Below are positions 26,870 to 37,053 of a stretch of DNA of 64,000 nucleotides, piece by piece. The stretch lies in the IMG/VR virus record IMGVR_UViG_3300027863_000019, positions 64,001 through 128,000 of that record; one strand, written 5' to 3'. The notes below the pieces were generated by a model. The model was not told the origin of the DNA, did no database searches, and was given only the letters and a program-made list of their open reading frames with translations. The stretch comes from a virus. Within the stretch, counting starts at the first letter, position 1, and each line of letters opens with the position of its first letter. The position numbers and the translations under genes are program-made.

Positions 26870-29717
26870 GCATAATTTACTTGAAGCGCAATATGAAGCT
26901 AAGACTAACAAGCTGATTGGTCCAGGTCACTACTTCTTTCCCTGCAAAACCACTCTCTCGATTACCGCTTACCGTGAAGCTGAAGTTTTCAATATGGAGG
27001 CACTTATTGAGTACGTTCACGCCTGGCAACAGAAAGCGAAAGAGCAAATCATTATCTCGGTGGAGGGAAAATATGATGGTAATTCGTGCTATCTTCAAAG
27101 AGACTCGCATGGAAATTTCTATGTGTTCACTGAAGATGGTGCTGAAGCGACCGCGAGATTCCCTCACCTGATTGAGTATGCGAAAACCAATTTTCCGAAA
27201 GTTGATTATATTTTAATCGGTGAAGTTGAGAAGTGGGTGATGATCGATGGCGTCTCAACTCATCAAGGAAGAGAAGTCGTTGCCGGTGAATTACATTCAA
27301 CCAATACTCCTCCGCAAGATGATCATTACGTTTGGAATATGCATGATTGTGTTTGGTTTGATGGCCAGGACTTGCACACTCAAAATTATTGTGATCGTTA
27401 TACTTTGATGGAGAAAAAGTTTCCATTTAAGTACTCTCTACTCACTAGAATGAAACCTGGATCATTCAACCTAGTCCCGAATTTCGTTTGTAAGACGGAT
27501 GAACAAATCAAGGCCGCTCTTGGAAAGCTACTTCCAATTGCACCTCTTGAAGGTGCAATGGTGAAGTGGTGGAATGGATTTCCTTACGAACTCGATGGTA
27601 GAACAAATCAAGTTTGTAAATATAAGAAGTATGCTGAAGCCCATCTTCTCGTTACCAGTAAACGTCTTGTTAGCGGCGCTGATCAGACATTTCAATACGA
27701 TGTTGCTATTGAAGTACTTCCGACTGAAATGGATGAAGTTGATCAAAAATTCGTTTCGAAATATCATGATATGGATGTCATGGTTGTAGCGAGAACATTC
27801 AATACGAATGTTAAAGCCGAGATTGGCGATATCATTACTGTCAAGTTTCACAACTTGTTTGTCCATAAGAATGACGAGGGTAAATACAAATTAGATATTT
27901 ATGAACCTCGCGTCTATGAAAATCGTACCATCGCGAATCCTGAAGAAAAGCCCGATACTGTTACTACGATTATGAAGATTGGAATGGATGCTCAGATGCT
28001 TTCCTTTAAAGGAATGTTTACCGAGAATGATACTATTCCTTTCGAACTCGTTAAACAGATTGATCTTTTCTCTCAATATCCTAATGAGGACCAAATTCAC
28101 AAGTTCATTATCCATCATCACTGGAGAGGTATGACAACTCATGGTGATCTTCGTATTGAGCATGTGAATAATCAAGTGCTCTTAGGATATACTTTAAATA
28201 TTATGGCAGACAATGTCGTGAAGGAACCAGTTTTAACATTGGCTGAAGCTGAAGCCTGGGCGAAGAAACCCGAGCTTTGGAAGTTTGATGTCCAGACTGG
28301 GAAGTTCCTTACGCGCGAAACTCATGGTGGAACTAAGAAAGCAACATCAATCTTAGTTGAATTGAAAGAGCCTGAACCATTAGAGTGGCTTACCTTTGAA
28401 GGTGTTGTTGCTCCTGGCAATGTAGGATCAACGAAACAGTACCCCGGAGTATTTTACATTGCATGTCAAGGCACCGCAGAATATGGTTTCAGAAATGGTT
28501 ACTTCCAAGAGTATTGGTTCCATGTACCTAGTTGGGATAGTGGTGGTCAACGCTTACTCTTCCGACAACTTTCGTCGAACTTGCAAGCCAACTTGCCCAT
28601 CGAAAAGTTCCTACAATGGGCTTTCGATGTTGAAAACGTGGTGGACGTTTATATCGTAGGTGGTGATTATATTACTTGTAAGTATGGCGATGTACAGATT
28701 CCTGATGGTGCAACTTTCAAGAATGATACTATATCATTTAAAGATGCTGTTCTTCCACCATCGGAAGGTGCTACAATTCGAACACCAACTATGTGGCTTT
28801 TGATTAAACCTAACGATGATAAACCATATGTCTTATCTCATCGTGCTGTACAAAAACAAAGAATTACTCCTTATGGTGCTTCGGGGCTACCTAAGAAAAT
28901 TAGAGATCAAATCCCTGCGGAGTTCCATTATTGGACTGTTAAAGATATTCCTACCCGATTAAAAGTTAGGGATGGTCTTGTAACAGCAATTAAACATCAT
29001 CAAGTGAAAGTTGATTACAGTGGGATCTATAAAAGCTTAGAGCTAATGAAAGCTTTAGATTGGAAGTCCTTGCATTGTGGAACGATCACGAAAGATGAAA
29101 TCAAACAATACTGCACTCGTTCTGATTGGCAGGATGTGCGTATTGAACTCAAAGGTAAAACTTTAGAAGAGAAGTTTAAAACCTTAAAGAATTGGTTGGA
29201 AAAACATAATCACTCAAGAGCTTCCCAAGTTCAAGTAACTAACTATATTAACGCTTTGGCAAGAAGTGGTTTGATTAGCCTAAAAGCAAAAGTGGATCGT
29301 AAGTTCGTTTTAAATAGAAGGACTTGGAGAGGGCCAATTCACGTACGTATTGGTTTTAGTGCTGAGCTTTATGACCTTTGGATTGATGATGGTGATAGCG
29401 CCTACTTATGGACTTTCAATAGCAATCCAATTCTCTTTGAGTCTGCAACTGGTACATTTGAAAAGATTAAGAATAAAAAGCTAATGAATCAACTCGGACA
29501 AATAGCTCCTGGAACTGACTTAAATCCAAATAAAGCTATTCCAGTTACCATCGAACGAGTGGCAGAAGGTGAATTGCTCTTGCTTATCGATGAAGACAAT
29601 CTCAAGAAATTCCAAGTAAACACCAAGGAATGGAAAGGGTTATATCTTTTAGAGCAGGATGAAAATACCAACATTTGGACAATTCAAACCACAGGAAATG
29701 TTGGCGAAAAGATGTAA
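26853..29717 (+). CDS. multidomain ATP-dependent ligase-like protein with LigD phosphoesterase-like module
   Basis: Motif I VEGKYDG, III ILIGEVE, IV LEGAMVK, V KYKK; HHHWRGMTTHGDLRIE resembles LigD PE motif H..R..HxDxRxE; GGAG RBS before ATG 26853. Confidence 0.72.
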   Translation: MATDRKHNLLEAQYEAKTNKLIGPGHYFFPCKTTLSITAYREAEVFNMEALIEYVHAWQQKAKEQIIISVEGKYDGNSCYLQRDSHGNFYVFTEDGAEATARFPHLIEYAKTNFPKVDYILIGEVEKWVMIDGVSTHQGREVVAGELHSTNTPPQDDHYVWNMHDCVWFDGQDLHTQNYCDRYTLMEKKFPFKYSLLTRMKPGSFNLVPNFVCKTDEQIKAALGKLLPIAPLEGAMVKWWNGFPYELDGRTNQVCKYKKYAEAHLLVTSKRLVSGADQTFQYDVAIEVLPTEMDEVDQKFVSKYHDMDVMVVARTFNTNVKAEIGDIITVKFHNLFVHKNDEGKYKLDIYEPRVYENRTIANPEEKPDTVTTIMKIGMDAQMLSFKGMFTENDTIPFELVKQIDLFSQYPNEDQIHKFIIHHHWRGMTTHGDLRIEHVNNQVLLGYTLNIMADNVVKEPVLTLAEAEAWAKKPELWKFDVQTGKFLTRETHGGTKKATSILVELKEPEPLEWLTFEGVVAPGNVGSTKQYPGVFYIACQGTAEYGFRNGYFQEYWFHVPSWDSGGQRLLFRQLSSNLQANLPIEKFLQWAFDVENVVDVYIVGGDYITCKYGDVQIPDGATFKNDTISFKDAVLPPSEGATIRTPTMWLLIKPNDDKPYVLSHRAVQKQRITPYGASGLPKKIRDQIPAEFHYWTVKDIPTRLKVRDGLVTAIKHHQVKVDYSGIYKSLELMKALDWKSLHCGTITKDEIKQYCTRSDWQDVRIELKGKTLEEKFKTLKNWLEKHNHSRASQVQVTNYINALARSGLISLKAKVDRKFVLNRRTWRGPIHVRIGFSAELYDLWIDDGDSAYLWTFNSNPILFESATGTFEKIKNKKLMNQLGQIAPGTDLNPNKAIPVTIERVAEGELLLLIDEDNLKKFQVNTKEWKGLYLLEQDENTNIWTIQTTGNVGEKM

Positions 29718-29822
29718 GCTGGGGACTTCAAAGATAAAAATGTTCCCCCCTACATTGTTAGGAACAAAATAATTCTCGAACTAGGTGGGTCTGCGTTTTT
29801 AGTTCGAGCTTAGGAGAAAATC

Positions 29823-31037
29823 ATGAACGGAAACCTCGCGGTTAAAATTGAAGATGGTCAAGTTGCTTTTGATGATGCGATTTTCGAAATCAAGAAAGCC
29901 GCTGACACCTTCGATGAAGAGGGCCAGCAAAAGAGAATCGTTACTGGCTACGCGGCGGTTGCCGATGTTGTTGATTCGCAGTATGAGTTGATTGCTCGCG
30001 AGGCTCTAGAGGCGGCCTCCAAAGACCTCCTCAAATATACAACTGTACTGTACAATCATGACCCGGACCGCCCAATTGGTAAAGTGCTGGAGGCGGCTCC
30101 ACAGGGAAATGGACTTTTTGTTAAAGTCCAAATTTCGAACACTGAGACTGAGATCTGGGATAAGATCTGCGAAGGTATTATCTCGAAGTTCAGTTTCCGT
30201 GGTGTCATCACTGAGTATGACGAATCTTTTGATAAGAGCTTAAACCGTAACATTACGATAATCAAAGGATTTAAAATCTTCGAAATCTCCCTCGTGTCCG
30301 TTCCCGCAAATCCTGAAGCAAGGACTTTAAACTACTACCTATCCAAAGCACTCGAAGATCAAGTAGAACTACATCGGGAGACTCCTGGTAAAACCGATTC
30401 AAATACTACGGTGAAACAACCTAGTAGTGACGTCGGTGTAGCTGGGGATCAAAACGATAATCCAAACATAGGAGGGTCTGATAACATGCCTAAGATGGAC
30501 CCTGATGACAAAGAAAGGCTAAATGCGATCACCGCAATGTGTGATAAGCTACTCGCTGCCCTCCAGGATATGCCTCACGTGGACGAACGTGTTGTTGCTC
30601 TAGTAAAAAGAATCAAAGATATGGTTGCCGCTTTTGGTAAAGAGGAAGCTGCGGAAGGTGAAGGCGGGAAGCCAGCATCTGGATATCCTCAACCGACTGC
30701 AGACAATCTTGACTTGGAAAACTTTGATCCTGTACAAGAGAAAATGAAATCACGTATCTCCGCCGTTGAAGAGCAGTATGCCGCTCTCGAAAAGAAGTTG
30801 GAGGAACTCCCTGCCGCCCTTGAAGAGAAACTCATCGAGGCCGTAAAAGCCCTCGCGGAGCAGCAAATTACTGAAAAAATCGGCGAGATCGAAAAGAAGC
30901 TAGATGGCCAGACAGAAGTTGTAGCGGGACTAGCTGAATTGTTCGATCTACTTCGTCCAACGCTGGGTCTTCCTGTAGTTGAAAAGCAGCCGGAAGCGTC
31001 AGCTGACGATCCAAATAATCAAGGGGGTGAATCCTAA
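29823..31037 (+). CDS. HK97-type prohead protease with C-terminal scaffold-like coiled coil
   Basis: VTGYAA, VLYNHDPDRPIGK, KFSFRG, FEISLVSVPANPEA; AGGAG RBS. Confidence 0.9.
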   Translation: MNGNLAVKIEDGQVAFDDAIFEIKKAADTFDEEGQQKRIVTGYAAVADVVDSQYELIAREALEAASKDLLKYTTVLYNHDPDRPIGKVLEAAPQGNGLFVKVQISNTETEIWDKICEGIISKFSFRGVITEYDESFDKSLNRNITIIKGFKIFEISLVSVPANPEARTLNYYLSKALEDQVELHRETPGKTDSNTTVKQPSSDVGVAGDQNDNPNIGGSDNMPKMDPDDKERLNAITAMCDKLLAALQDMPHVDERVVALVKRIKDMVAAFGKEEAAEGEGGKPASGYPQPTADNLDLENFDPVQEKMKSRISAVEEQYAALEKKLEELPAALEEKLIEAVKALAEQQITEKIGEIEKKLDGQTEVVAGLAELFDLLRPTLGLPVVEKQPEASADDPNNQGGES

Positions 31038-32425
31038 TGTCTAACGAACATCTCGAAAAGGCTAAACAACTTGTCGCCAGCTTAGTGCAAGATATGCACA
31101 AGAAAGGCGAAGAAGCCAAAGTTAATGAGATTGTTAGCAAAGCCCTGGATGAACTCAAGAAAGCCGATCCGGGAACCCGGAAGGGCCGGTTTGATACCAA
31201 AGACGCCCTCGACGTAATGAAGGCGTCAACCAATAAAGGTGAAGCAATCCAGAAACTGCTCACAACTCCATCAAGCGACGCGGCGATAAAGTCGTTCCAG
31301 CAAACCGCTGATACAGTTTACCTGTTATCTCAGATGCTGCACACTGACCCGCGCGAACTCAAATGTTTCAAATCACTGGTAGAACACCCAGTAGCTAAAA
31401 CCGCTACCGATTCATATGGTGGTGAGGGCCCGGCGATGCCTACAGCCTCAACCCATTACGGAGCGGACTTTATTCCTCTGGGATTCTCTGCCGAGTTGAT
31501 CGACTACGTTCGCCTGCAGCTGAAAGTAGCTGCGCTGCACAGGCGTATCGATATGCCGACTCCGCAGTACAAACTGCCTGTTCACGGTGGAACAGATATC
31601 ACTGCGTATCTCGTGGGTGAGACTCTTACCACTTCTGCGCCGGAAGGGCGCCCAACAGCGTCACGTCCGACAACGACTGCCGTAACTCTGGATGCCAAGA
31701 AAATCGGTTCTTTGGTGTACTTCTCTGAGGAAATCACAGAAGACAGCATCATCCCGGTTGTGCCATTCTTGAAAGATAGCATGGCTCGCTCAATGGCATT
31801 CGCTCAGGAGAACGCCGTTGTTAATGGTCAAACTACGGCGACCATTGATACTGGTGACGCTCCTGCAGCTAGCGACGTTCGTAAAGCGTTTGACGGATAT
31901 CGCAAGCTCGTTCAGCCTGCTGCGAAAACAGATCTTTCCAGTTGGACAGCCGGTGGAACTTATGCTCAAGGCGCTGGACTTCTTCGTAACATCCGTGCGA
32001 AAATGGGCAAATACGGAGTTGATCCTAGCAACCTTGCATGGGTAACTAGCATCTCCGGTTATCATCAAATGCTGGGAATCAATGAAGTATTGCGCCTCAA
32101 TGAGTACGGTCCGAACGCTACTATCCTCAATGGTGAGCTTGGAAAGTTTGACAACATTCCGATCATCGTCAGTGAGTTCGTACGTTCCGACTTGAACGCT
32201 TTGGGCGTCTATGATGGCGTAACAACTAACAAGACCATCATCATGCTTGTACATACTCCTTCGTTCCTCTTCGGCGATCGTCGTGCGATCACTGTGAAAA
32301 CTTGGGATATGCCGCAAGACGATGCACACTTGCTTGTGTGCCATCAAAGACTAGACTTCCAGCCCGTGTATGCACCGGCAACCAACTACATTGTATCTCT
32401 TGGATACAATCTAGCGCTTGTGTAA
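31037..32425 (+). CDS. major capsid protein (HK97 fold)
   Basis: Follows protease; GADFIP..FSAELID, AKKIG....SEEITEDS, AVVNG, G...NIPIIVS. Confidence 0.9.
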   Translation: MSNEHLEKAKQLVASLVQDMHKKGEEAKVNEIVSKALDELKKADPGTRKGRFDTKDALDVMKASTNKGEAIQKLLTTPSSDAAIKSFQQTADTVYLLSQMLHTDPRELKCFKSLVEHPVAKTATDSYGGEGPAMPTASTHYGADFIPLGFSAELIDYVRLQLKVAALHRRIDMPTPQYKLPVHGGTDITAYLVGETLTTSAPEGRPTASRPTTTAVTLDAKKIGSLVYFSEEITEDSIIPVVPFLKDSMARSMAFAQENAVVNGQTTATIDTGDAPAASDVRKAFDGYRKLVQPAAKTDLSSWTAGGTYAQGAGLLRNIRAKMGKYGVDPSNLAWVTSISGYHQMLGINEVLRLNEYGPNATILNGELGKFDNIPIIVSEFVRSDLNALGVYDGVTTNKTIIMLVHTPSFLFGDRRAITVKTWDMPQDDAHLLVCHQRLDFQPVYAPATNYIVSLGYNLALV

Positions 32426-32454
32426 GCTGACTGAGTCAGTGTAGTTAATTCCTC

Positions 32455-32495
32455 CCCCGCCCCTAGTATTCGTACTACGGGCGGGATTATTTTTT
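32455..32495 (+). terminator. Rho-independent terminator after capsid gene
   Basis: CCCGCCC-CTAGTA-TTCG-TACTAC-GGGCGGG then ATTATTTTTT. Confidence 0.75.
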
Positions 32496-32525
32496 AAAGT
32501 TTCAAATTGAAGTTGAGGCCGAAGA

Positions 32526-32693
32526 ATGGAAAACTTTGAAGTATTGGATTTGGTTCTTGAAACTCAAGAAAGCGTTGAAGTTTATTTGAGTGCTCCACTA
32601 GCCTTAACCTTTACTCAAGAGTTACTCTCGACTTCCATTCAGTTAATTGCATCGGTTGCTGCTGAAGTTCAAATCAACAGTGAGACACTTTAA
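32526..32693 (+). CDS. small acidic hypothetical protein (55 aa, not in ORF track)
   Basis: MENFEVLDLVLETQESVEVYLSAPL...; GAGG RBS. Confidence 0.4.
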   Translation: MENFEVLDLVLETQESVEVYLSAPLALTFTQELLSTSIQLIASVAAEVQINSETL

Positions 32694-32771
32694 TACGCCC
32701 TCGAGTCAAATTAAAGTAAGGTAACCCGACCGTCAGACGTTGGGTATTAAAATTCAACGGAGGAAAACGCC

Positions 32772-34457
32772 ATGGGAATTGCTTCAGATTTTAGTGTTGC
32801 TGTCAATGGCGATATTCGGCACGTGTCGGGCTCAAGTCACTACACCGTGCTTGAACTTCATAGGTTCCTTCAAGACTTGGCTGATAACGCGTCGGCATCT
32901 GGGGATGACTTACTTGACATTACATCAAGTACGCCATCTGAACGATCAACCGACAACATTATCACTCTTTTAGGATCCTACAATATCGACGATACCGCAG
33001 CGCAATACTTCTACGGTGGTTCGATTAAGCAAGGCACAGGTGGAACCGAAACAATTTACTCGGGTCTTAAAGTACTGGGTGCGGTAAATAACTCGGCCAC
33101 TCAAATTCAAGTAATCCAAAATAATGCTCTTTGTGCTGGATTAACCCCATTCTGGGGAACGCAAGCAACCGGTGGTTACAATGGTGATGCTACCGCTGGT
33201 GTTCTCATGCGCGTACTCATTAAATCGAGAGAAGCGGGAGCTGATATCGATGGTAAGAGAGTTCGAGTACAAGCAAGACACTGGGGGGATACGTACGACT
33301 TCTTCAATGTAACCCTCGGTGAAGGTGAGGCTGTAGCGGCTATTGGTACTACGCCTGATGCTCAAAATTCTACAGCTATTGGAATAGTACAGGGATGGAC
33401 TGGAGATGACATCCCAACTAACACTGAAGGATATCAAACGATCAACCTCAACAATGGTAATGGCGCTCAGCCTTACTACTCAAAGTGGACTTACAATACC
33501 AATACTGCGAAGCTGAAAGCGATTTGGGAGAAAGTAAAATTACTCTCGAGTCAAGCATCCCCTGGAACCATCTATGGGATGAACGGCTTCCTATTCCTCG
33601 GTATCACTCACCAAGTAGCAATTAGTTCTCCATCGGGAACCTTTGTGCAAAATGAAATTGTTTCCTGGGGGTCAGGTTCAACTGCCGGTACTGGGGCGCT
33701 TCTTGCGATTGATAGTTTTACCGCTGGAACAAAGATGTGGATCCAGCTGTTAACTGGTGTTGCACCTGTTTCAGGTTCAATTACCGGTGCAGGTGGTGGA
33801 TCTGCAACTATCGGTACTGTAACAAGTAAAACTGTTCCTAAAGTTTTCCTCGGATCATACACCGGTACTTTGATTGGTGCGTATGGTGTTGGAGTTGATC
33901 CTGCATGTCTTACAGCTTCTGATACAATTCAGGACTTGCTCAATGTAACTCAAACTCCTCCGAACAATGTCACCTTTACAGTATCTGGTGTTGTACCGAC
34001 CGAAGATTATGTACTCGTAGGACCAAAGGATACAGGCAGTGCAATCAAAATGAATCAGCTTACTTTGAAGACTTCTCTCACGGGTTTGGTTACTTCGGTT
34101 GTTTGCAACACCTCAATCCCCGCAGATACTCCTGCAACTGGAACAATTCGCATCCAGTTAGATTCGGGTATCTATCGTAGAGTTGCATACACTTCATGGG
34201 CAACTGATACATTTACGATTGGCTCAACTGACTTTTCATCTGATCATGCGACTGCAAATAACAACATCTTCATTTCGTACATCGACAAGGTCGCAGATGG
34301 AACTTCAGTATCCTTTACAACAATTTACAGCTCATCAAGAGATCTATATGTACGAGTAAGAGATGGTGGAAGTACTCCAATCAAAACCTTCGAATCTCCA
34401 GCTGTCCTTGGATCCGCTGGCGGAAGTGCTGTAGCGTCTCGAATCACAGACGCGTAA
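32772..34457 (+). CDS. virion structural protein (Gly/Thr/Ser-rich, beta-rich)
   Basis: 561 aa, GGAGG RBS, follows MCP; composition typical of fibre/decoration proteins. Confidence 0.6.
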   Translation: MGIASDFSVAVNGDIRHVSGSSHYTVLELHRFLQDLADNASASGDDLLDITSSTPSERSTDNIITLLGSYNIDDTAAQYFYGGSIKQGTGGTETIYSGLKVLGAVNNSATQIQVIQNNALCAGLTPFWGTQATGGYNGDATAGVLMRVLIKSREAGADIDGKRVRVQARHWGDTYDFFNVTLGEGEAVAAIGTTPDAQNSTAIGIVQGWTGDDIPTNTEGYQTINLNNGNGAQPYYSKWTYNTNTAKLKAIWEKVKLLSSQASPGTIYGMNGFLFLGITHQVAISSPSGTFVQNEIVSWGSGSTAGTGALLAIDSFTAGTKMWIQLLTGVAPVSGSITGAGGGSATIGTVTSKTVPKVFLGSYTGTLIGAYGVGVDPACLTASDTIQDLLNVTQTPPNNVTFTVSGVVPTEDYVLVGPKDTGSAIKMNQLTLKTSLTGLVTSVVCNTSIPADTPATGTIRIQLDSGIYRRVAYTSWATDTFTIGSTDFSSDHATANNNIFISYIDKVADGTSVSFTTIYSSSRDLYVRVRDGGSTPIKTFESPAVLGSAGGSAVASRITDA

Positions 34458-34461
34458 ACTC

Positions 34462-34496
34462 AATGTGGAGATGGAGAGGAACTCCATCTCCACATT
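34462..34496. terminator. perfect hairpin between structural genes
   Basis: AATGTGGAGATGGAG-AGGAA-CTCCATCTCCACATT. Confidence 0.6.
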
Positions 34497-34509
34497 CTAA
34501 GGATGCTAC

Positions 34510-34962
34510 ATGGCGGCCCCAACTTATACGACCGATCTTAACATCCTTGACGATTGCGCTGATAGCACTGGTTGGGCTGAACCAACTGCTACTGGTTGGA
34601 CTTCGCTCTTTGCTATTACTAACGGTGAGACTGACTACTTTATTGAAGGTTCGGCATGCAATTCGGCTACTATTAGAGCTGGTGCTAGTGGAGTATCAAT
34701 TCCAACTGATGGTGCTTTCCTTATCTGGATGTATTTTACCTCTCCGAACTTATTAGACACATATGCTAATGGTGGCATTCGAACTGTAATAGGTAGTGCT
34801 TTGAATGCCTTCTATTGGGTTAAGCAGGGTGGTAAAGAAACTTATATATATGGCGGTTGGTAGTGTCTCGTGATGGCTGATCCTAGTGTAATTACAACTG
34901 AGACTGCTGTTGGATCACCGACATCTACTCGAAGATATTTCGGGTTCAGTTTCAACTACTAG
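34510..34962 (+). pseudogene. truncated structural-protein gene with in-frame TAG at 34861-34863
   Basis: MAAPTYTTDL...YIYGGW*CLVMADPSVITTETAVGSPTSTRRYFGF: protein-like frame continues past the stop. Confidence 0.5.
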
Positions 34963-35012
34963 TGATGTTACATTCACCGCAATTTTATCTGCGGATTCTT
35001 AAGGGGGAAAGT

Positions 35013-35273
35013 ATGTCAACATTGAAAGAAGATTTTGATGCCTTGAAACGACTTCATTTGTCTGCTAATGAGGCTAATGAGAAACTTCAAGAGGAAAATC
35101 GTGAACTCCGTGACGAGAACATTTTACTACTAAAGAAGTTACTCGATTGCCAAAACGCACTTGATATAAATAAAGAAATTATGCGGAACGCATTAACCAT
35201 TCAAAATGAGATGAAAGATGCTTATACGCAAGAGATTAATAAGTTACGTGCACTAATTAAAACTCAAGGATAA
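35013..35273 (+). CDS. coiled-coil hypothetical protein
   Basis: Heptad-rich; AAGGGGG RBS before ATG 35013. Confidence 0.6.
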   Translation: MSTLKEDFDALKRLHLSANEANEKLQEENRELRDENILLLKKLLDCQNALDINKEIMRNALTIQNEMKDAYTQEINKLRALIKTQG

Positions 35274-35275
35274 CT

Positions 35276-36532
35276 ATGGCGATTACAATTGATTGGGGTA
35301 ATAAAGTTATTAATATTCCCCGAGACGATATGACTTTAGTTCAGGCCGCACCTCCAGTCGAGGTGCGCGAATTGAATTTGAATGAATTTCGCCTCGCCTT
35401 GAAATCACTTGAGGATGGTGAAGAGGGAATGTGTTTTCCCGATACTCACCGACATAATACTGAAGTCTCCGTTGCTGGATTGGTTCTTGCTCGAGTGATT
35501 GAAATTATAAACGGTTACACAATTACCTTTGAAGATGGTCAATATGCCGTTAACTTGGTTGGTGCGAATAGTAATGTAGCTGACTGCGTTAACGCGAATC
35601 AAGTTTCGATTCGTTCACAAAACTCTGCTGGATTAATCACAAACTCATTGATTGAACATTCTTCATATCAAAACTGTGTAACGATTAATACAACATCTCC
35701 TTACGCTGGAGTTATTCATCCGGTTGGAACCGATCAGCGTCCGGTAAATAACTTAGCCGATGCCCTCTTAATCGCTCAACAGAAGGGCTTTGATACTTTG
35801 CACTTACAGCACGATCTAACGTTAGATGCAAGTATTGATGGCTATACAGTGACTGGTGAGAATAGAAGTATTTCTCTTTTCCTTCAACCTGGGTTTACAT
35901 CAAACGGATGTTCCTTTAGAGATTTAAAACTAACTGGCGCCGCAAATGGTTCAGAGATGAGTATTGAAAGATGTGATCTCGAAAACGTTTCTGGTATTCA
36001 AGGTTTGATTTTAGATTGTTCCTTAGCCGGTCAAGTAGTTTTAAAAGGCAGTAATACTAATATCATTGACTCCTATTCAGGTAGAAGATTAGGTTTGAAT
36101 AGAACCGTAATTGACATGGATTCTGAACCTAAGAATCTTCAAGTACGCCGCTTTTCAGGTGGAATTAAACTTGTTAATTTTGCTTTCCCTGGCAAGCGCG
36201 TAGTAATGGATTTTGATTCTGGAGTCTTAGAAATCGATCCCTCGTGTACTGCAGGTGAACTTGTTGTTCGTGGTGTTGGAGTAATAATAGATAATGGTGG
36301 TCCTAATTTAGTTCGCGACTTCGAGATGGTTAACCCCTTTTCAGTATCTGAGCAAACGCGAGTTGAACTCTCTACTGAATTAACCGAAATTAGCGATATC
36401 TTTAAAATTCATGGATTAGATCCAGAATTTCCTTTGCATGTCAGTTCTATAGAGAGAACAGCTGGTGGAACATATATCGTTCAATTGATTGAAACCGCTC
36501 CTGAAGGTACGAGAGTGACGAGAACGATATGA
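35276..36532 (+). CDS. virion structural protein (possible beta-helix)
   Basis: 418 aa in morphogenesis block; GTDQRPVNNLADAL and beta-helix-like repeats. Confidence 0.55.
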   Translation: MAITIDWGNKVINIPRDDMTLVQAAPPVEVRELNLNEFRLALKSLEDGEEGMCFPDTHRHNTEVSVAGLVLARVIEIINGYTITFEDGQYAVNLVGANSNVADCVNANQVSIRSQNSAGLITNSLIEHSSYQNCVTINTTSPYAGVIHPVGTDQRPVNNLADALLIAQQKGFDTLHLQHDLTLDASIDGYTVTGENRSISLFLQPGFTSNGCSFRDLKLTGAANGSEMSIERCDLENVSGIQGLILDCSLAGQVVLKGSNTNIIDSYSGRRLGLNRTVIDMDSEPKNLQVRRFSGGIKLVNFAFPGKRVVMDFDSGVLEIDPSCTAGELVVRGVGVIIDNGGPNLVRDFEMVNPFSVSEQTRVELSTELTEISDIFKIHGLDPEFPLHVSSIERTAGGTYIVQLIETAPEGTRVTRTI

Positions 36533-36714
36533 CAGTAAATCATTTAGCAATAGCAGTAGATGGGATTGGATTTCCTCACTTAACTCTAGCAACCGAAGGG
36601 TTCATCTGGATTTCTGAACTCGTCCAGTTACGGGGTGTCAAATTACTTATTGAAATGCTGCCCCAACTATCATTTCAGGTTTCTGTGGAACCTAAAATTA
36701 ACTTGGAGCTCTAA
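36529..36714 (+). CDS. hypothetical protein
   Basis: ATGA overlap upstream, abuts next gene. Confidence 0.55.
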   Translation: MTVNHLAIAVDGIGFPHLTLATEGFIWISELVQLRGVKLLIEMLPQLSFQVSVEPKINLEL

Positions 36715-37053
36715 ATGTCAACACCTACTGTAACATTAAAGCAAGGTGAAGCAAAGCCGCTAGTACTAACGGTGAGAGATGCCAATGGCGCTCTTATGGA
36801 TCTAACTAATGCGGATTTGCTTTTAGGAGTAAAACAGAATAAGGCGGACACGTCGTACTTATTTAGTAAGGCAACTGTTGACTTTGATATTACTCAAGCA
36901 TCAACCGGAGTTGTCTCAGTTATGTTGACTTCTGCAGACACTGAGACTTCTGGAAAGTTTTTTGGTGAGTTGAAAGTGTCTTGGGGCCTTTCAGGAATTG
37001 TTGAAAAAAGTTCGGATTTTATACTTAAAATCGATGCGGCGGTGACAACATAA
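36715..37053 (+). CDS. BppU-N-like structural protein
   Basis: LKQGE...LTVRD.NG..MDLT...GVVSVMLT..DT...G.FFGELKV pattern. Confidence 0.55.
   Translation: MSTPTVTLKQGEAKPLVLTVRDANGALMDLTNADLLLGVKQNKADTSYLFSKATVDFDITQASTGVVSVMLTSADTETSGKFFGELKVSWGLSGIVEKSSDFILKIDAAVTT

Noticed and set aside
34861-34863. TAG recoding (alternative genetic code)
   Set aside because: TAG ends several clearly complete genes (e.g. Ro60 at 14753, portal at 25695), and long genes are not fragmented under the standard code.
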